Assembly (NCBI GenBank): GCA_024278835.1
Contig: JAJRSK010000042.1
Location: 30-64,029 of the forward strand
DNA: 64,000 bases
Direction: 5' to 3'
Origin: Campylobacterales bacterium
Lineage (GTDB): Bacteria > Campylobacterota > Campylobacteria > Campylobacterales > QNZT01
In this document: positions 54,409-63,866 of the stretch, one piece after another
How the letters are laid out: the number at the start of each line of letters is the position of its first letter
Position numbering within the stretch: position 1 is the first letter of the stretch
Program-made: the position numbers and the translations under genes
The notes under the pieces: generated by a model
What the model was told of the DNA's origin: nothing
The model's database searches: none
What the model saw: only the letters and a program-made list of their open reading frames with translations

Positions 54409-57400
54409 ATGATGCAAAGAGTGAAGTGGTTATATTACCCTTTGCTCTTTGTACTTATCTCTTTTTCTTCTTTGCAGGCTAGTTCTTTTACAGATATCAT
54501 TTTTGATGCGGCAGAAGTAGAATTTAAAATAGAAGCAGAAGATGAGATTTATGTGAGTACTTCAAATCACGTTAAAGTCAATGTAGAACTTAAAGAAAAG
54601 AAGCCACAAGTTACACAACCTACTCTCTCATTTTATCGCTACGATAAAGATTCTGATGCTTACCTAACTGTATCACAAACCGATTTTTCGCCCAATGAAG
54701 CTGTGAGTGGATCCTTTAATCCAATGACTCCTTTGTTGTTAGAAGATGGGAGTGAGATAGATATAAGCAAAAAGATACCAGCCATCAAATGCCTAGTATA
54801 TAAGCGCAATGAACCTTTGATAGTGCTCTATCATGATAGCAATGTAAGTGAAAAAAAAGCTATCAAATTGATTATCAGCACAAAAAAAGATAAGGAGATT
54901 ATCCGTTTAAGAAATAGCGATACAAATAGTTCTCTTTTTGTCGGCTATATTAACACCACAACAAAATGTCTCAAGAGATGTGACGGAAAGCTTTTTGTAG
55001 AAAAAGGGACACAAATCAGAGCATCTTTAGAGGAGTTAAAGAAGCGCAAAAGTAGATCTTTTACACCTATGATAGTGGCAGTTGCTAGTGTAGAGAGTGA
55101 AACACTTAGCACATTAGCAGAGGTGACAGAAAAAGAGGCAGATATATGGATAACGCTTCATGCTAGTAAAGATAAAGCCTCTTTGGGTGAGTTTATAAAA
55201 TATACCTGTACTATTGAAAACAGAGGTGAAGCGGATGTTGTGGATGCAAAGCTACATAATCTTCTCTCAGATGGTGTGGTATATAGAAGAGATACTTTTA
55301 TGTTTGAGGATAGTAAGCAGCGTAATCTTCGCTTTGCAAAAGATAAAAAGTCTTTTATTTTTCCTTTCTCTATCAAGGCAGGTGAAGAGAAGGAGTTTTC
55401 ATTTGTTACGCAGGTAGATATCGATGCTAAAAAGTCCATCCAAAGTCTCTGCTATGTAGCATTTGATACCAAGCAGTCAAATCAAAGTGCTGCTAACACA
55501 ACAATAGAGAGAGATTTTGATAACAAGTCGCTTATCGTAGGAGAACTAAGCCTTAAGGGAAGTGATGCAAATATCTCTTTAGCGGGTGTACGCTTTTACT
55601 TAGAAAATGGTACCTTTGTCCATAGTGATAAGAATGGAAAATTTCATTTTGAAGGTCTCTCTCTTGGTTCTCATGTTGTCAGTATAGATAGTGACAGTAT
55701 CTCTGGGAGATTTGTGAGCAAAGAGTGCAAGGCAAATGCTAGAAATATGGGCAGTAAAACTTCTATCTTTGTCGATACAGAATTTTCACACATTCAAAAA
55801 GTACGCTTCTGTTTAGAGGAGGATAAGCAGACTAAGGCACTAGATGCTTCGCTCTCATTTTCTGTGCCAGAGATAGCAAAGGAGACGATGCCCTCTTTTG
55901 GTGAAAAGGATTTTAAAAAGCATAAAAAGAGTGATATATTTTTATGGCCAAGAGAAGATTTTGTACCACCTATGCCTTCTCTAAAAGTAGCATTTTTACA
56001 TCAATCAGATGAAAAAGTTGTACTCTATCTCAATGGGGTAAAAGTAGATATGCTCAACTATGATGGGTTTGTTAAAGCGCGTAACAAAAAAAGAACTATC
56101 AGTAAATATCGTGGTATCGATATCATAGATGGGGACAATACACTAGAAGCAAAGGTTTATGCTAAAGATGGCGCTTTAAAAAAGGTGCTCAAGCGAAAAG
56201 TACACCTCTCTACTTCACCCGTACGAGCAAAAGTGATAGAGGAGAAATCCCTACTACTTTCAGATGGAAAAAATCCACCAGTCATTGCGGTGCAGTTTTT
56301 TGACGCGAGTGGATATCCTCTAAGGTCAGGGATGGTGGGGACATTTAGCGTTGAAAAACCATATATGTCAAAGGATAGATTGGACACCTTAAAAGATAAT
56401 CCCCTCTCTAGTATCAATGGAGAGGATAAATATACTATTTTAGAAGATGGCATTGCTTATATCGCTTTGCAAGAGACCACGACTTCGGGTGAAGTGAAGC
56501 TTCATTTTCCTTTTCAACAGAGCAATGAATATACAAAAGTATGGCTCTCATCAACACCAAGAGCGTGGTTTATCGTAGGGTTTGCAGAGGGGAGTGTAGG
56601 GTATAAGACTATCAAAGATACCTTAAAGCCAAGCAAGGCGTCACACCTCTATCATGATAAACAGATTTCATTTTTTGCCAAAGGAAAGATAGGCGCTGAC
56701 GCACTTTTGAGTATCGCTTATGATAGTGGAAAAGAGCGTAGCTTAGAAGTTTTAGAGGCGATAGATCCGCGTAGTGAATATACGGTATATGGGGATGAAA
56801 GCATGCAACAAAATGAAGCCCCAAGTAGTAAAAAACTCTATATTAAGATAGAAAAAAAGAGTTTCTATGCGCTCTTTGGAGACTTTGATACAGGGCTAGA
56901 TGCGCATGAATTGAGTCGCTATTCGCGTCGTGTAAATGGTATCAAGTCAGAACTCAAGGCTGAGCGATTTGAATATAACGCTTTTGTAAGTCAGAGTAAA
57001 ACAAGCTATATGAGGCAAGAGCTTCGAGGCGATGGCACAAGTGGACTCTATCATCTTAAAAGTAAGGCTATCATGATAGGCTCTGAAAAAGTGACTATCC
57101 AGGTGCGTGATAGATACCGTGATGAAGTGATTGTTTCAAAAAAAGTATTAAATCCTCTTTTGGATTATAATATAGATTATCAAGCAGGAACGCTCTACTT
57201 TAAAGAGCCTATATTGCGTAGAGATAGGGCTGGAAATCCGCAATTTATCATCATAGAAGCAGAGGTAGAGGATGGTGGCAAAAAGCGTCTCTCTTATGGT
57301 GGACGTGGGGCGATGAAGTTTTTTTCTGGCAAGCTAGAAGTAGGTATGAGTCTGCTTGGTGAGGAAGATAAAGATGATGAGATAGATACGCTCTATGGCT

Positions 57401-58905
57401 TTGATGCGAAAATAAATGCAAGTCAAAATCTTGTTTTCAATGCCGAATATGCCCAAAGTAAAAAAAATATAGAGAACAACAGCAGCGTTGCCAAGGCATA
57501 TCTAGCGGAACTTACCTATCATGATAGGTATAGTGAAACAAAGCTCTATTATAAGATGCAAGAGGATTTTTTTGGTTTTGGACAACAAAATCTCTCTCAA
57601 AGTGGTACAAGAAAATATGGTGTGGATTCCACTATAAATTATTGGGAAAATATGGCTATCAAGTTGGCGCTTTATGGAGATGAGGTGTTAAAGAGTGGTG
57701 AAAAGAAAAATGTAGCAGAAGCATTTTTGCAGTATCACAAAGCTAATTTCTTGGCAAATATAGGCTATCGCTATGGTAAATCCAACCTCAAAGGTGATAA
57801 AGGGGCTTCGCAACTGCTCTCTTCTATCTCAAAAAGATTTTTTCATAACAAGGTGAAACTTTCAGCCGCTTATGACTATACGCTTGGAGGAAAATCAGAT
57901 ATGCTTTTAAATCGTGCATTTGTGGAGGCATCCTATTTTGTCAATCAATATGTAGAAATCTTTGCCAATCATGAGATAGAAGAGGGTGAAACTATTAAAA
58001 CCAACCAGAGTCGTGCTGGTATCAAAGGTAGACCATGGCAGGGGGCAACAGTAGAGAGTGCAATGGTCAATGAATTTGATAATGATACGGTGCGTCTATT
58101 TGGACTTTTGGGTATCAATCAGAGTTGGCAAGTGCGTAAAAACCTTATCATCAACGGCTCAATTGAGCGAGAGCAGACAGTAGAGGGTGAGGGAGAGGAT
58201 TTTACAGCGTATGCTTTTGGTGTAAATTACCGTAAAAATAGGTGGGTTTATAGCGCAAAAACGGAGTATAGAACTGCCAAAACAGAGGATAAAATCAACC
58301 TAGACCTTGGGGTATATACAGAGGTGAATAAAAACTTGGGCTTGGCATTTGGCAGTAGAACACACCTTGTGAGAGATGAAGAGGGAGATTCCCATACAAC
58401 AAGTGCTAATTTCTCCTTGGCGTATAGACCCGAAGGTGGTGTGATGGTGATAAATCGTCTAGAGTACCTCTATGAGAGCGATGAGCATAGTAAAAGTGCC
58501 AAAACAGTTGAACGATTTTTGTGTGTGGCACATCCGAGCAAAAAGAGTACACTATCGGGGCATTATGGATTAAAATATACGCAAGATACGATAGATGACA
58601 AAGCGTATGATTCGTGGATTGATACGCTTGGTGTCGCGTACCTCTATGATGTAACAGATAAAATAGAGTTGGGATTTGGGGCTAGTTTATTGCACGCTTA
58701 TGATAGTCAAAGTTTGCTAGAGAGTTTGGGTGTGTATGTAGGGTATAACCTCTTTAAAAACGCTTATGTAGGTCTTGGATATAACTTTGTAGGGTATGAA
58801 GATCCAGATTTTAATAGTTTACGAAATAGTCAAGAGGGAGTTTTTGTGAAATTTCGCCTAAAATTTGACCAAGAGTCTTTAAAAAATATTGTTGATAAGT
58901 TTTAA
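54409..58905 (+). CDS. 1498-aa outer-membrane protein: DUF11-like and CarboxypepD_reg/Cna-B-like domains plus a very large C-terminal beta-barrel (P4)
   Basis: Signal peptide ...FSSLQASS. LGEFIKYTCTIENRGEADVVDAKLHNLL. GVRFYLENGTFVHSDKNGKFHFEGLSLGSHVV. The last ~750 aa are alternating Tyr/Gly-rich strands ending ...GVFVKFRLKF...DKF. Confidence 0.55.
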   Translation: MMQRVKWLYYPLLFVLISFSSLQASSFTDIIFDAAEVEFKIEAEDEIYVSTSNHVKVNVELKEKKPQVTQPTLSFYRYDKDSDAYLTVSQTDFSPNEAVSGSFNPMTPLLLEDGSEIDISKKIPAIKCLVYKRNEPLIVLYHDSNVSEKKAIKLIISTKKDKEIIRLRNSDTNSSLFVGYINTTTKCLKRCDGKLFVEKGTQIRASLEELKKRKSRSFTPMIVAVASVESETLSTLAEVTEKEADIWITLHASKDKASLGEFIKYTCTIENRGEADVVDAKLHNLLSDGVVYRRDTFMFEDSKQRNLRFAKDKKSFIFPFSIKAGEEKEFSFVTQVDIDAKKSIQSLCYVAFDTKQSNQSAANTTIERDFDNKSLIVGELSLKGSDANISLAGVRFYLENGTFVHSDKNGKFHFEGLSLGSHVVSIDSDSISGRFVSKECKANARNMGSKTSIFVDTEFSHIQKVRFCLEEDKQTKALDASLSFSVPEIAKETMPSFGEKDFKKHKKSDIFLWPREDFVPPMPSLKVAFLHQSDEKVVLYLNGVKVDMLNYDGFVKARNKKRTISKYRGIDIIDGDNTLEAKVYAKDGALKKVLKRKVHLSTSPVRAKVIEEKSLLLSDGKNPPVIAVQFFDASGYPLRSGMVGTFSVEKPYMSKDRLDTLKDNPLSSINGEDKYTILEDGIAYIALQETTTSGEVKLHFPFQQSNEYTKVWLSSTPRAWFIVGFAEGSVGYKTIKDTLKPSKASHLYHDKQISFFAKGKIGADALLSIAYDSGKERSLEVLEAIDPRSEYTVYGDESMQQNEAPSSKKLYIKIEKKSFYALFGDFDTGLDAHELSRYSRRVNGIKSELKAERFEYNAFVSQSKTSYMRQELRGDGTSGLYHLKSKAIMIGSEKVTIQVRDRYRDEVIVSKKVLNPLLDYNIDYQAGTLYFKEPILRRDRAGNPQFIIIEAEVEDGGKKRLSYGGRGAMKFFSGKLEVGMSLLGEEDKDDEIDTLYGFDAKINASQNLVFNAEYAQSKKNIENNSSVAKAYLAELTYHDRYSETKLYYKMQEDFFGFGQQNLSQSGTRKYGVDSTINYWENMAIKLALYGDEVLKSGEKKNVAEAFLQYHKANFLANIGYRYGKSNLKGDKGASQLLSSISKRFFHNKVKLSAAYDYTLGGKSDMLLNRAFVEASYFVNQYVEIFANHEIEEGETIKTNQSRAGIKGRPWQGATVESAMVNEFDNDTVRLFGLLGINQSWQVRKNLIINGSIEREQTVEGEGEDFTAYAFGVNYRKNRWVYSAKTEYRTAKTEDKINLDLGVYTEVNKNLGLAFGSRTHLVRDEEGDSHTTSANFSLAYRPEGGVMVINRLEYLYESDEHSKSAKTVERFLCVAHPSKKSTLSGHYGLKYTQDTIDDKAYDSWIDTLGVAYLYDVTDKIELGFGASLLHAYDSQSLLESLGVYVGYNLFKNAYVGLGYNFVGYEDPDFNSLRNSQEGVFVKFRLKFDQESLKNIVDKF
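57513..57530. repeat. Longest perfect version (18 bp) of the iterated palindrome
   Basis: TACCTATCATGATAGGTA equals its own reverse complement. It is one of at least 40 TATCATGATA copies (see findings). Confidence 0.9.
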
Positions 58906-58958
58906 ATTTTATTTGTAAAATGTCGATATAGGGAAAAGAATTAAAAAAAAGGATTTTT

Positions 58959-60977
58959 ATGAAATTTCTACTCAACCCGCTCATCAAATTTTTAAGCTCT
59001 ATCTCGTATAGTGCGAAGTTTATGTTTATCGGTGTCATTGCAGTTACCTATACATCATTTTTGGTCTATCAAAACTATGTATCACTCTCTTCTGATGTAG
59101 CCTTTTCTCAAAAAGAGTTAGATGGGGCAAAGTTGCTTCCAAGTGCGAAGTCGTTGATTCTTCAAACACAAAAGCTCCGTGGCACAACGGCACTTCTACT
59201 TAGTGGTGAAGCTTCTGTTTCTAGTAAAGTTGCTACACTCTCTCAAGATGCAAAAAAGCAGTTGGAACAGGTAAAGCGTGAGATAAGTTCATCACCTATA
59301 CAAGGCTTGGATAAATTGGTTTCCGAGATGGAGAATAAGCTAAACCACCTGAGCTCCTCTGCCCCATCAATGCCAGCAAAAGAGGCATTTGTTGCTTATA
59401 CGGCGCTCATAGAAAAAGAGTTGGATTTGATTGTGCTCATCGGCGATAACGCCAACCTTATCTTGGACCCCGATTTAGATAGCTTTTATATGATGGATGC
59501 GGTTATCAATAAATTGCCACAGATATTTGAAGCAACAGGCAAAGCGAGAGGATTAGGGGCATCTGTATTGAAAAAAGGTATGATTGACAAAGAGCAAGAG
59601 CTAAAATTGATGGAGTTAATCTCTGTAAACAACTATAATATACATGCTCTTGAAAATGGCTTTCAATCTGCTTATAGTGCAAATCCAGCTATTAAGGAGA
59701 GAGTAGATGGCAAGAAGGAACAATTAAAAAATCAGATAACTAGCTTCTCTAAGGATACACTCACTAATGCTGTTAAAGCAAGTGCTATGGAGGGGAAAGT
59801 ATATTTTCAAAAAGGTACCGATGTCATAGATACAGCAGATAGCCTCTATCATGATGCACTAGCAGAACTTGAAATATTGCTTCAAATCCGTGTCGATGCC
59901 CTAAAAGCAAAAGAGATGACACTGTTTATTGAAGCAACGCTTTTTTTCCTCTTTTTACTGGCATTTTTTATGGCATTTTATCACTCAGTAAGTGGCGCGG
60001 TTGGTGCTATGGTTAGCCAACTCAAGGAGATAGAAGAGAGCAAAGATTTATCGCGTGATATCATGATAGATACCAAAGATGAACTTAGTGAAATCGCTAA
60101 GGCGTATAACTCTTTTAGGGTTGCTTTGCATCAGACGATGCAAGATGCTATATCGGCAGTAGATTCAAGTACAAATGAAGCACAGAGCATGCAAGAGAGT
60201 TCTAAAGAGATGAGTGAAAACTCTAAAAATATGTCAGATATCATCTCTCAAGTAGCACAAAAAGGTGAAGATATCAGACATCAACTCGAAGATTCAAAAG
60301 CCTTAGCACAAAACTCAAAAGAGCAGATAAGTACCGCCTATGAGACGCTTCAAAGTGCAACTACTTCTATTCAAAACTTGGCTGCACAAGTGGAAGAGAG
60401 TTCACACAAAGAGATGGAGATGGCAGATAAAATCAACCAACTCAGCCAAGATGCCAATGATGTCAAAAATGTTCTACATGTCATCAACGACATTGCAGAA
60501 CAGACCAATCTCTTGGCACTCAATGCAGCGATTGAAGCAGCGCGTGCAGGGGAGCATGGTAGAGGATTTGCAGTCGTGGCGGATGAGGTGCGTCAACTAG
60601 CAGAAAAGACACAAAAATCTCTCTCTGAAATCAACGCTACTATCAATGTCATCATGCAAAATATCACTGAAGCTTCTTCTGAGATGAATCAAAATGCCAA
60701 AGATATCTCTTCGATGACAGAAACTTCAGAAGGAGTACTTAAAGAGGTAGAGTGGGTCAATACGATTATGGATGAAGCAACAAAACAGATAGAGCTTTCA
60801 GCCCAAAGCATCGAAAAAAATGCAGAAGGTGTTGAATCCATGGCAAATGAACTACAAGAGACGGATAAACTCTCAGTGAGTAATTCGAAAAAAGTGCACT
60901 CTATCACAGATAGTTCATCTACACTTGCAGGCAGAGTCAATGAAATTAAAGAGAAAGTTAACGCCTTTGTACTATAA
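58959..60977 (+). CDS. Methyl-accepting chemotaxis protein with NIT-like periplasmic sensor
   Basis: The sensor region with [16 protein letters not shown] recalls the nitrate/nitrite-sensing NIT domain. HAMP domain. Signalling hairpin [38 protein letters not shown]. Confidence 0.85.
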   Translation: MKFLLNPLIKFLSSISYSAKFMFIGVIAVTYTSFLVYQNYVSLSSDVAFSQKELDGAKLLPSAKSLILQTQKLRGTTALLLSGEASVSSKVATLSQDAKKQLEQVKREISSSPIQGLDKLVSEMENKLNHLSSSAPSMPAKEAFVAYTALIEKELDLIVLIGDNANLILDPDLDSFYMMDAVINKLPQIFEATGKARGLGASVLKKGMIDKEQELKLMELISVNNYNIHALENGFQSAYSANPAIKERVDGKKEQLKNQITSFSKDTLTNAVKASAMEGKVYFQKGTDVIDTADSLYHDALAELEILLQIRVDALKAKEMTLFIEATLFFLFLLAFFMAFYHSVSGAVGAMVSQLKEIEESKDLSRDIMIDTKDELSEIAKAYNSFRVALHQTMQDAISAVDSSTNEAQSMQESSKEMSENSKNMSDIISQVAQKGEDIRHQLEDSKALAQNSKEQISTAYETLQSATTSIQNLAAQVEESSHKEMEMADKINQLSQDANDVKNVLHVINDIAEQTNLLALNAAIEAARAGEHGRGFAVVADEVRQLAEKTQKSLSEINATINVIMQNITEASSEMNQNAKDISSMTETSEGVLKEVEWVNTIMDEATKQIELSAQSIEKNAEGVESMANELQETDKLSVSNSKKVHSITDSSSTLAGRVNEIKEKVNAFVL

Positions 60978-62168
60978 AACCGAATTTTCTCCGGCTCTAT
61001 AGCCGCTAGACCAAGCCCAGTGGAGGTTATAGCCTCCACAATCTCCATCTATATCCACGACTTCTCCTGTAAAATATAATCCTTTCACTAACTTTGATTC
61101 CATTGTTTTGGGATTTATCTCTTCTGTCAAGATACCCCCAGCCATAATCTCCGCTCCCTTAGCCCCTCGTGTACCTGAAATGGAGACTTTGAGGTTTTTT
61201 AGTGTGTAGGCTAGGGTGTTGATGGTTTTGTTGTTTAAGGGTGTGTTGGCGTCTAATTTTGCCACTATCATGATAGGTTCTATCAGTTTTTTGGGGATGA
61301 TGCCATTGAGCCATAAGTAGAGAGGGAGTTTGAGGGGAAGTTGTTTTTGTAAAAGGGCTTTGAGTGCCTGTTGTGAAAAATCAGGCAGGAGGTCTATCAT
61401 GATAAAGACATCTTGCTTTTTCATCGTCGCTCGCGAAGCGATACGGCTAAGGTCAAGTATCGCCGAACCAGAGAGTCCATAGGAGGTAAAAAGTAAATCT
61501 CCTTTTATCCCCATCTTGGGTTGGTTATCGACATATATCTCCATCTCTGCTTCTATCTTGACGCCAGATGCTTTGGTGAAAACTTTTTCAGGCGAGTTGA
61601 GTTGGACAAGTGCGGCAAAAGGTTTTTCTACTTCGTGTCCAAACGCCTTGGCAAAGGCATATCCAGACTCACTAGAGCCTAGGTTTGGCATGGCACCTGA
61701 ACCTGTGGCGATGATGACAGCATCGGCTAGTGTGTGTGTATCATGATAGTGTAGGATAAAGTGCGCATTCTCTTTTTCTATCTTTTCTATCTCACACTCT
61801 TTGACGAAAGTTACGCCATATTTTTTACACGCAAACCCTAGAAAATCTACCACACAAGAGGCTTGATGCGAGAGGGGATAGAGCCTAGTACCATTGCCAC
61901 GACGAAGTTGTAAACCAAGTTCATTAAAAAATTTTTTGGCATCAAACTGTATAGTTTCTTTGGCAAAATGGGGGTGTTTTCCGTGGTAATTTTCAAGTGA
62001 GATATTGTCGTTGGTGATGTTGCATCGACCGTTACCAGAGGCGTGAATCTTTTTGCCGATCTTGGCAGATTTTTCATAGACGGTGACTTTGGCACCTGCT
62101 TTGGCGGCGGTGATGGCAGCGACGAGTCCTGAAGCGCCTGCTCCAATGATAGCGATATCTTTTTTCAT
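60972..62168 (-). CDS. HI0933/BaiN-like NAD(P)/FAD-dependent oxidoreductase
   Basis: [31 protein letters not shown], and C-terminal [25 protein letters not shown]. Confidence 0.8.
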   Translation of the reverse strand: MKKDIAIIGAGASGLVAAITAAKAGAKVTVYEKSAKIGKKIHASGNGRCNITNDNISLENYHGKHPHFAKETIQFDAKKFFNELGLQLRRGNGTRLYPLSHQASCVVDFLGFACKKYGVTFVKECEIEKIEKENAHFILHYHDTHTLADAVIIATGSGAMPNLGSSESGYAFAKAFGHEVEKPFAALVQLNSPEKVFTKASGVKIEAEMEIYVDNQPKMGIKGDLLFTSYGLSGSAILDLSRIASRATMKKQDVFIMIDLLPDFSQQALKALLQKQLPLKLPLYLWLNGIIPKKLIEPIMIVAKLDANTPLNNKTINTLAYTLKNLKVSISGTRGAKGAEIMAGGILTEEINPKTMESKLVKGLYFTGEVVDIDGDCGGYNLHWAWSSGYRAGENSVL

Positions 62169-62220
62169 GGTAGTTATTGTACCATAGGGGATATCTATCT
62201 ATCCCCTAAAATGAGACAAT

Positions 62221-62559
62221 TTATGCTTTTTTGACAAACTCTTGTTTGAGCTTGATAGCACCAACACCCGGTACTTTGCAGTCGATATTGTGTCCATCGT
62301 CGCCTTCTACGAGTCGGATAGTTTTAATCTGTGTGCCGACTTTGATACCTGAAGAGCTACCTTTGACTTTCAAATCTTTGATAACAGTCACACTATCTCC
62401 ATCTTGCAAGATAGTACCATGGGCGTCTTTTACAACAAGCCCTTCTTCTTCTATCTCCTCTTGTGACCACTCGTGTGCACACTCTGGACAGACATAGAGT
62501 GGGCCATCTTCATAGGTATATTCACTACCACATTTTGGGCAGTTTGGTAAAGCTTCCAT
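62221..62559 (-). CDS. yjdM: Zinc-ribbon protein YjdM/PhnA
   Basis: [29 protein letters not shown] plus a C-terminal beta domain ([17 protein letters not shown]...[11 protein letters not shown]). Start set at the internal Met. Confidence 0.8.
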   Translation of the reverse strand: MEALPNCPKCGSEYTYEDGPLYVCPECAHEWSQEEIEEEGLVVKDAHGTILQDGDSVTVIKDLKVKGSSSGIKVGTQIKTIRLVEGDDGHNIDCKVPGVGAIKLKQEFVKKA

Positions 62560-62629
62560 TTTTTTCCTTTTGTAGTTTGGCGTAATATAGCAAAAACTCA
62601 TTTATAATTTACCTAGTATTTTCTCTTTA

Positions 62630-62638
62630 TGCTATAAT
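62630..62638 (+). promoter_or_regulatory. Extended -10 element TGCTATAAT only 6 nt before ATG 62645
   Basis: Exact TGnTATAAT. The spacing implies a leaderless pqiA transcript. Confidence 0.35.
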
Positions 62639-62644
62639 AGTTAA

Positions 62645-63289
62645 ATGATTGAACAATATAGTGGAATCACTTTAGATAATCTCACCATTTGTAAAAAATG
62701 TGACACCTTACACCGTAAAAAATTGCTCAAGATTGGTGGTGTGGCAAAGTGCAGAGAGTGTGGTTCGGTACTTTATAGGCGACATAGAAACTTGGTGGAT
62801 TATGGTTTGGCGATTGGGATTGCTGCACTTATCTTTTTTATCATCGCTAATGCTTTTCCTATCGTGGATATTTCTCTTCGTGGGGTACATCAAGCGATTT
62901 CTCTGCCTTCTGTACTTTTGTCTCTTTTTGAAAATGGATTTTTCTTGGTAGGGATTTTTTGTTCCTTTGTGATATTTATCTTTCCTTTTACTGTGCTGGT
63001 GGTTTTTATCTGGATTATGTGGCTCTTAAAGATACGGCGTGGGGAACAGGCAGTAGAGTCTTTGTTGGTGCTTCTTGCTAAAATTCTTCCATGGAATATG
63101 ACAGAGATTTTTCTCATCTCTGTATTTGTAGCCTTGGTGAAGCTTATCGGGTATGCGCAGATTCATTTTGGGCTCTCTTTTTGGGGACTTATCGCCTTTG
63201 TAGCGTTTGATTTGTATCTCTCAAAAAGTATCAGTATCGATGAACTTTGGCGGGCTAAAAAGAGAATATTTAAGGGTAAAGATGTCTAA
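62645..63289 (+). CDS. pqiA: Paraquat-inducible protein A-like, first half-protein
   Basis: Zinc-ribbon CKKCDT...CRECGS followed by 4 TM segments. Same architecture as the next ORF. Confidence 0.7.
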   Translation: MIEQYSGITLDNLTICKKCDTLHRKKLLKIGGVAKCRECGSVLYRRHRNLVDYGLAIGIAALIFFIIANAFPIVDISLRGVHQAISLPSVLLSLFENGFFLVGIFCSFVIFIFPFTVLVVFIWIMWLLKIRRGEQAVESLLVLLAKILPWNMTEIFLISVFVALVKLIGYAQIHFGLSFWGLIAFVAFDLYLSKSISIDELWRAKKRIFKGKDV

Positions 63290-63866
63290 GTATATAAGAT
63301 GCCCCATCTGCGAAGCAGTCAATCTCGATACCACATCCAAGATAACTTGTAGACGATGCAAGCAGAAAATCTATCATGATAAGGGTTATAGCTATCAGCA
63401 AACACTTGCTTATTTAATCACGGCGATGATTTTATTTATCCCTGCCAATCTCTATCCGATGCTCAGTACCAATACACTGGGAGAGACCACGACAAACACT
63501 ATCATCGGTGGCGTGATCGTGTTGTGGGAACATGGCTCTTATCCTATCGCCTTGATTATACTTTTTGCTTCTGTTTTTGTGCCAATTTTGAAATTTATCA
63601 TGATAAGCTATCTTTTAGTATCAGCTAAATATGGCAGAGGGTCACAAAGAGTGGATAAACAGAAACTTTTTTATATCACTGAGATTATAGGGCCTTGGTC
63701 GATGATAGATGTCTTTGTTGTGGCGATACTCGCATCTTTGGTGCAACTTTCTATCGTGCAGATTGAGCCAGGAGCGGCGACGACGGCATTTGCTGCGATG
63801 GTGTTTTTTACGCTTTTATCAGCACTAAGTTTTGATACACGATTAATATGGGAGAAAAATAGATGA
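63282..63866 (+). CDS. pqiA: Paraquat-inducible protein A-like, second half-protein
   Basis: CPICEA...CRRCKQ plus 4 TM segments and GPWSMIDVFVVAIL. ATG 63282 overlaps the previous stop by 8 nt. Confidence 0.7.
   Translation: MSKYIRCPICEAVNLDTTSKITCRRCKQKIYHDKGYSYQQTLAYLITAMILFIPANLYPMLSTNTLGETTTNTIIGGVIVLWEHGSYPIALIILFASVFVPILKFIMISYLLVSAKYGRGSQRVDKQKLFYITEIIGPWSMIDVFVVAILASLVQLSIVQIEPGAATTAFAAMVFFTLLSALSFDTRLIWEKNR

Noticed and set aside
787-63605. The palindrome TATCATGATA as a transcription-factor operator (it loosely resembles Fur-type GATAATGATAATCATTATC boxes) or as the core of a MITE.
   Set aside because: 36 of 40 copies are inside coding regions of unrelated genes and in frame-restricted positions. 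The sequence beyond about 12 bp is not conserved between copies. It therefore does not look like a promoter-associated operator set or a longer mobile repeat.
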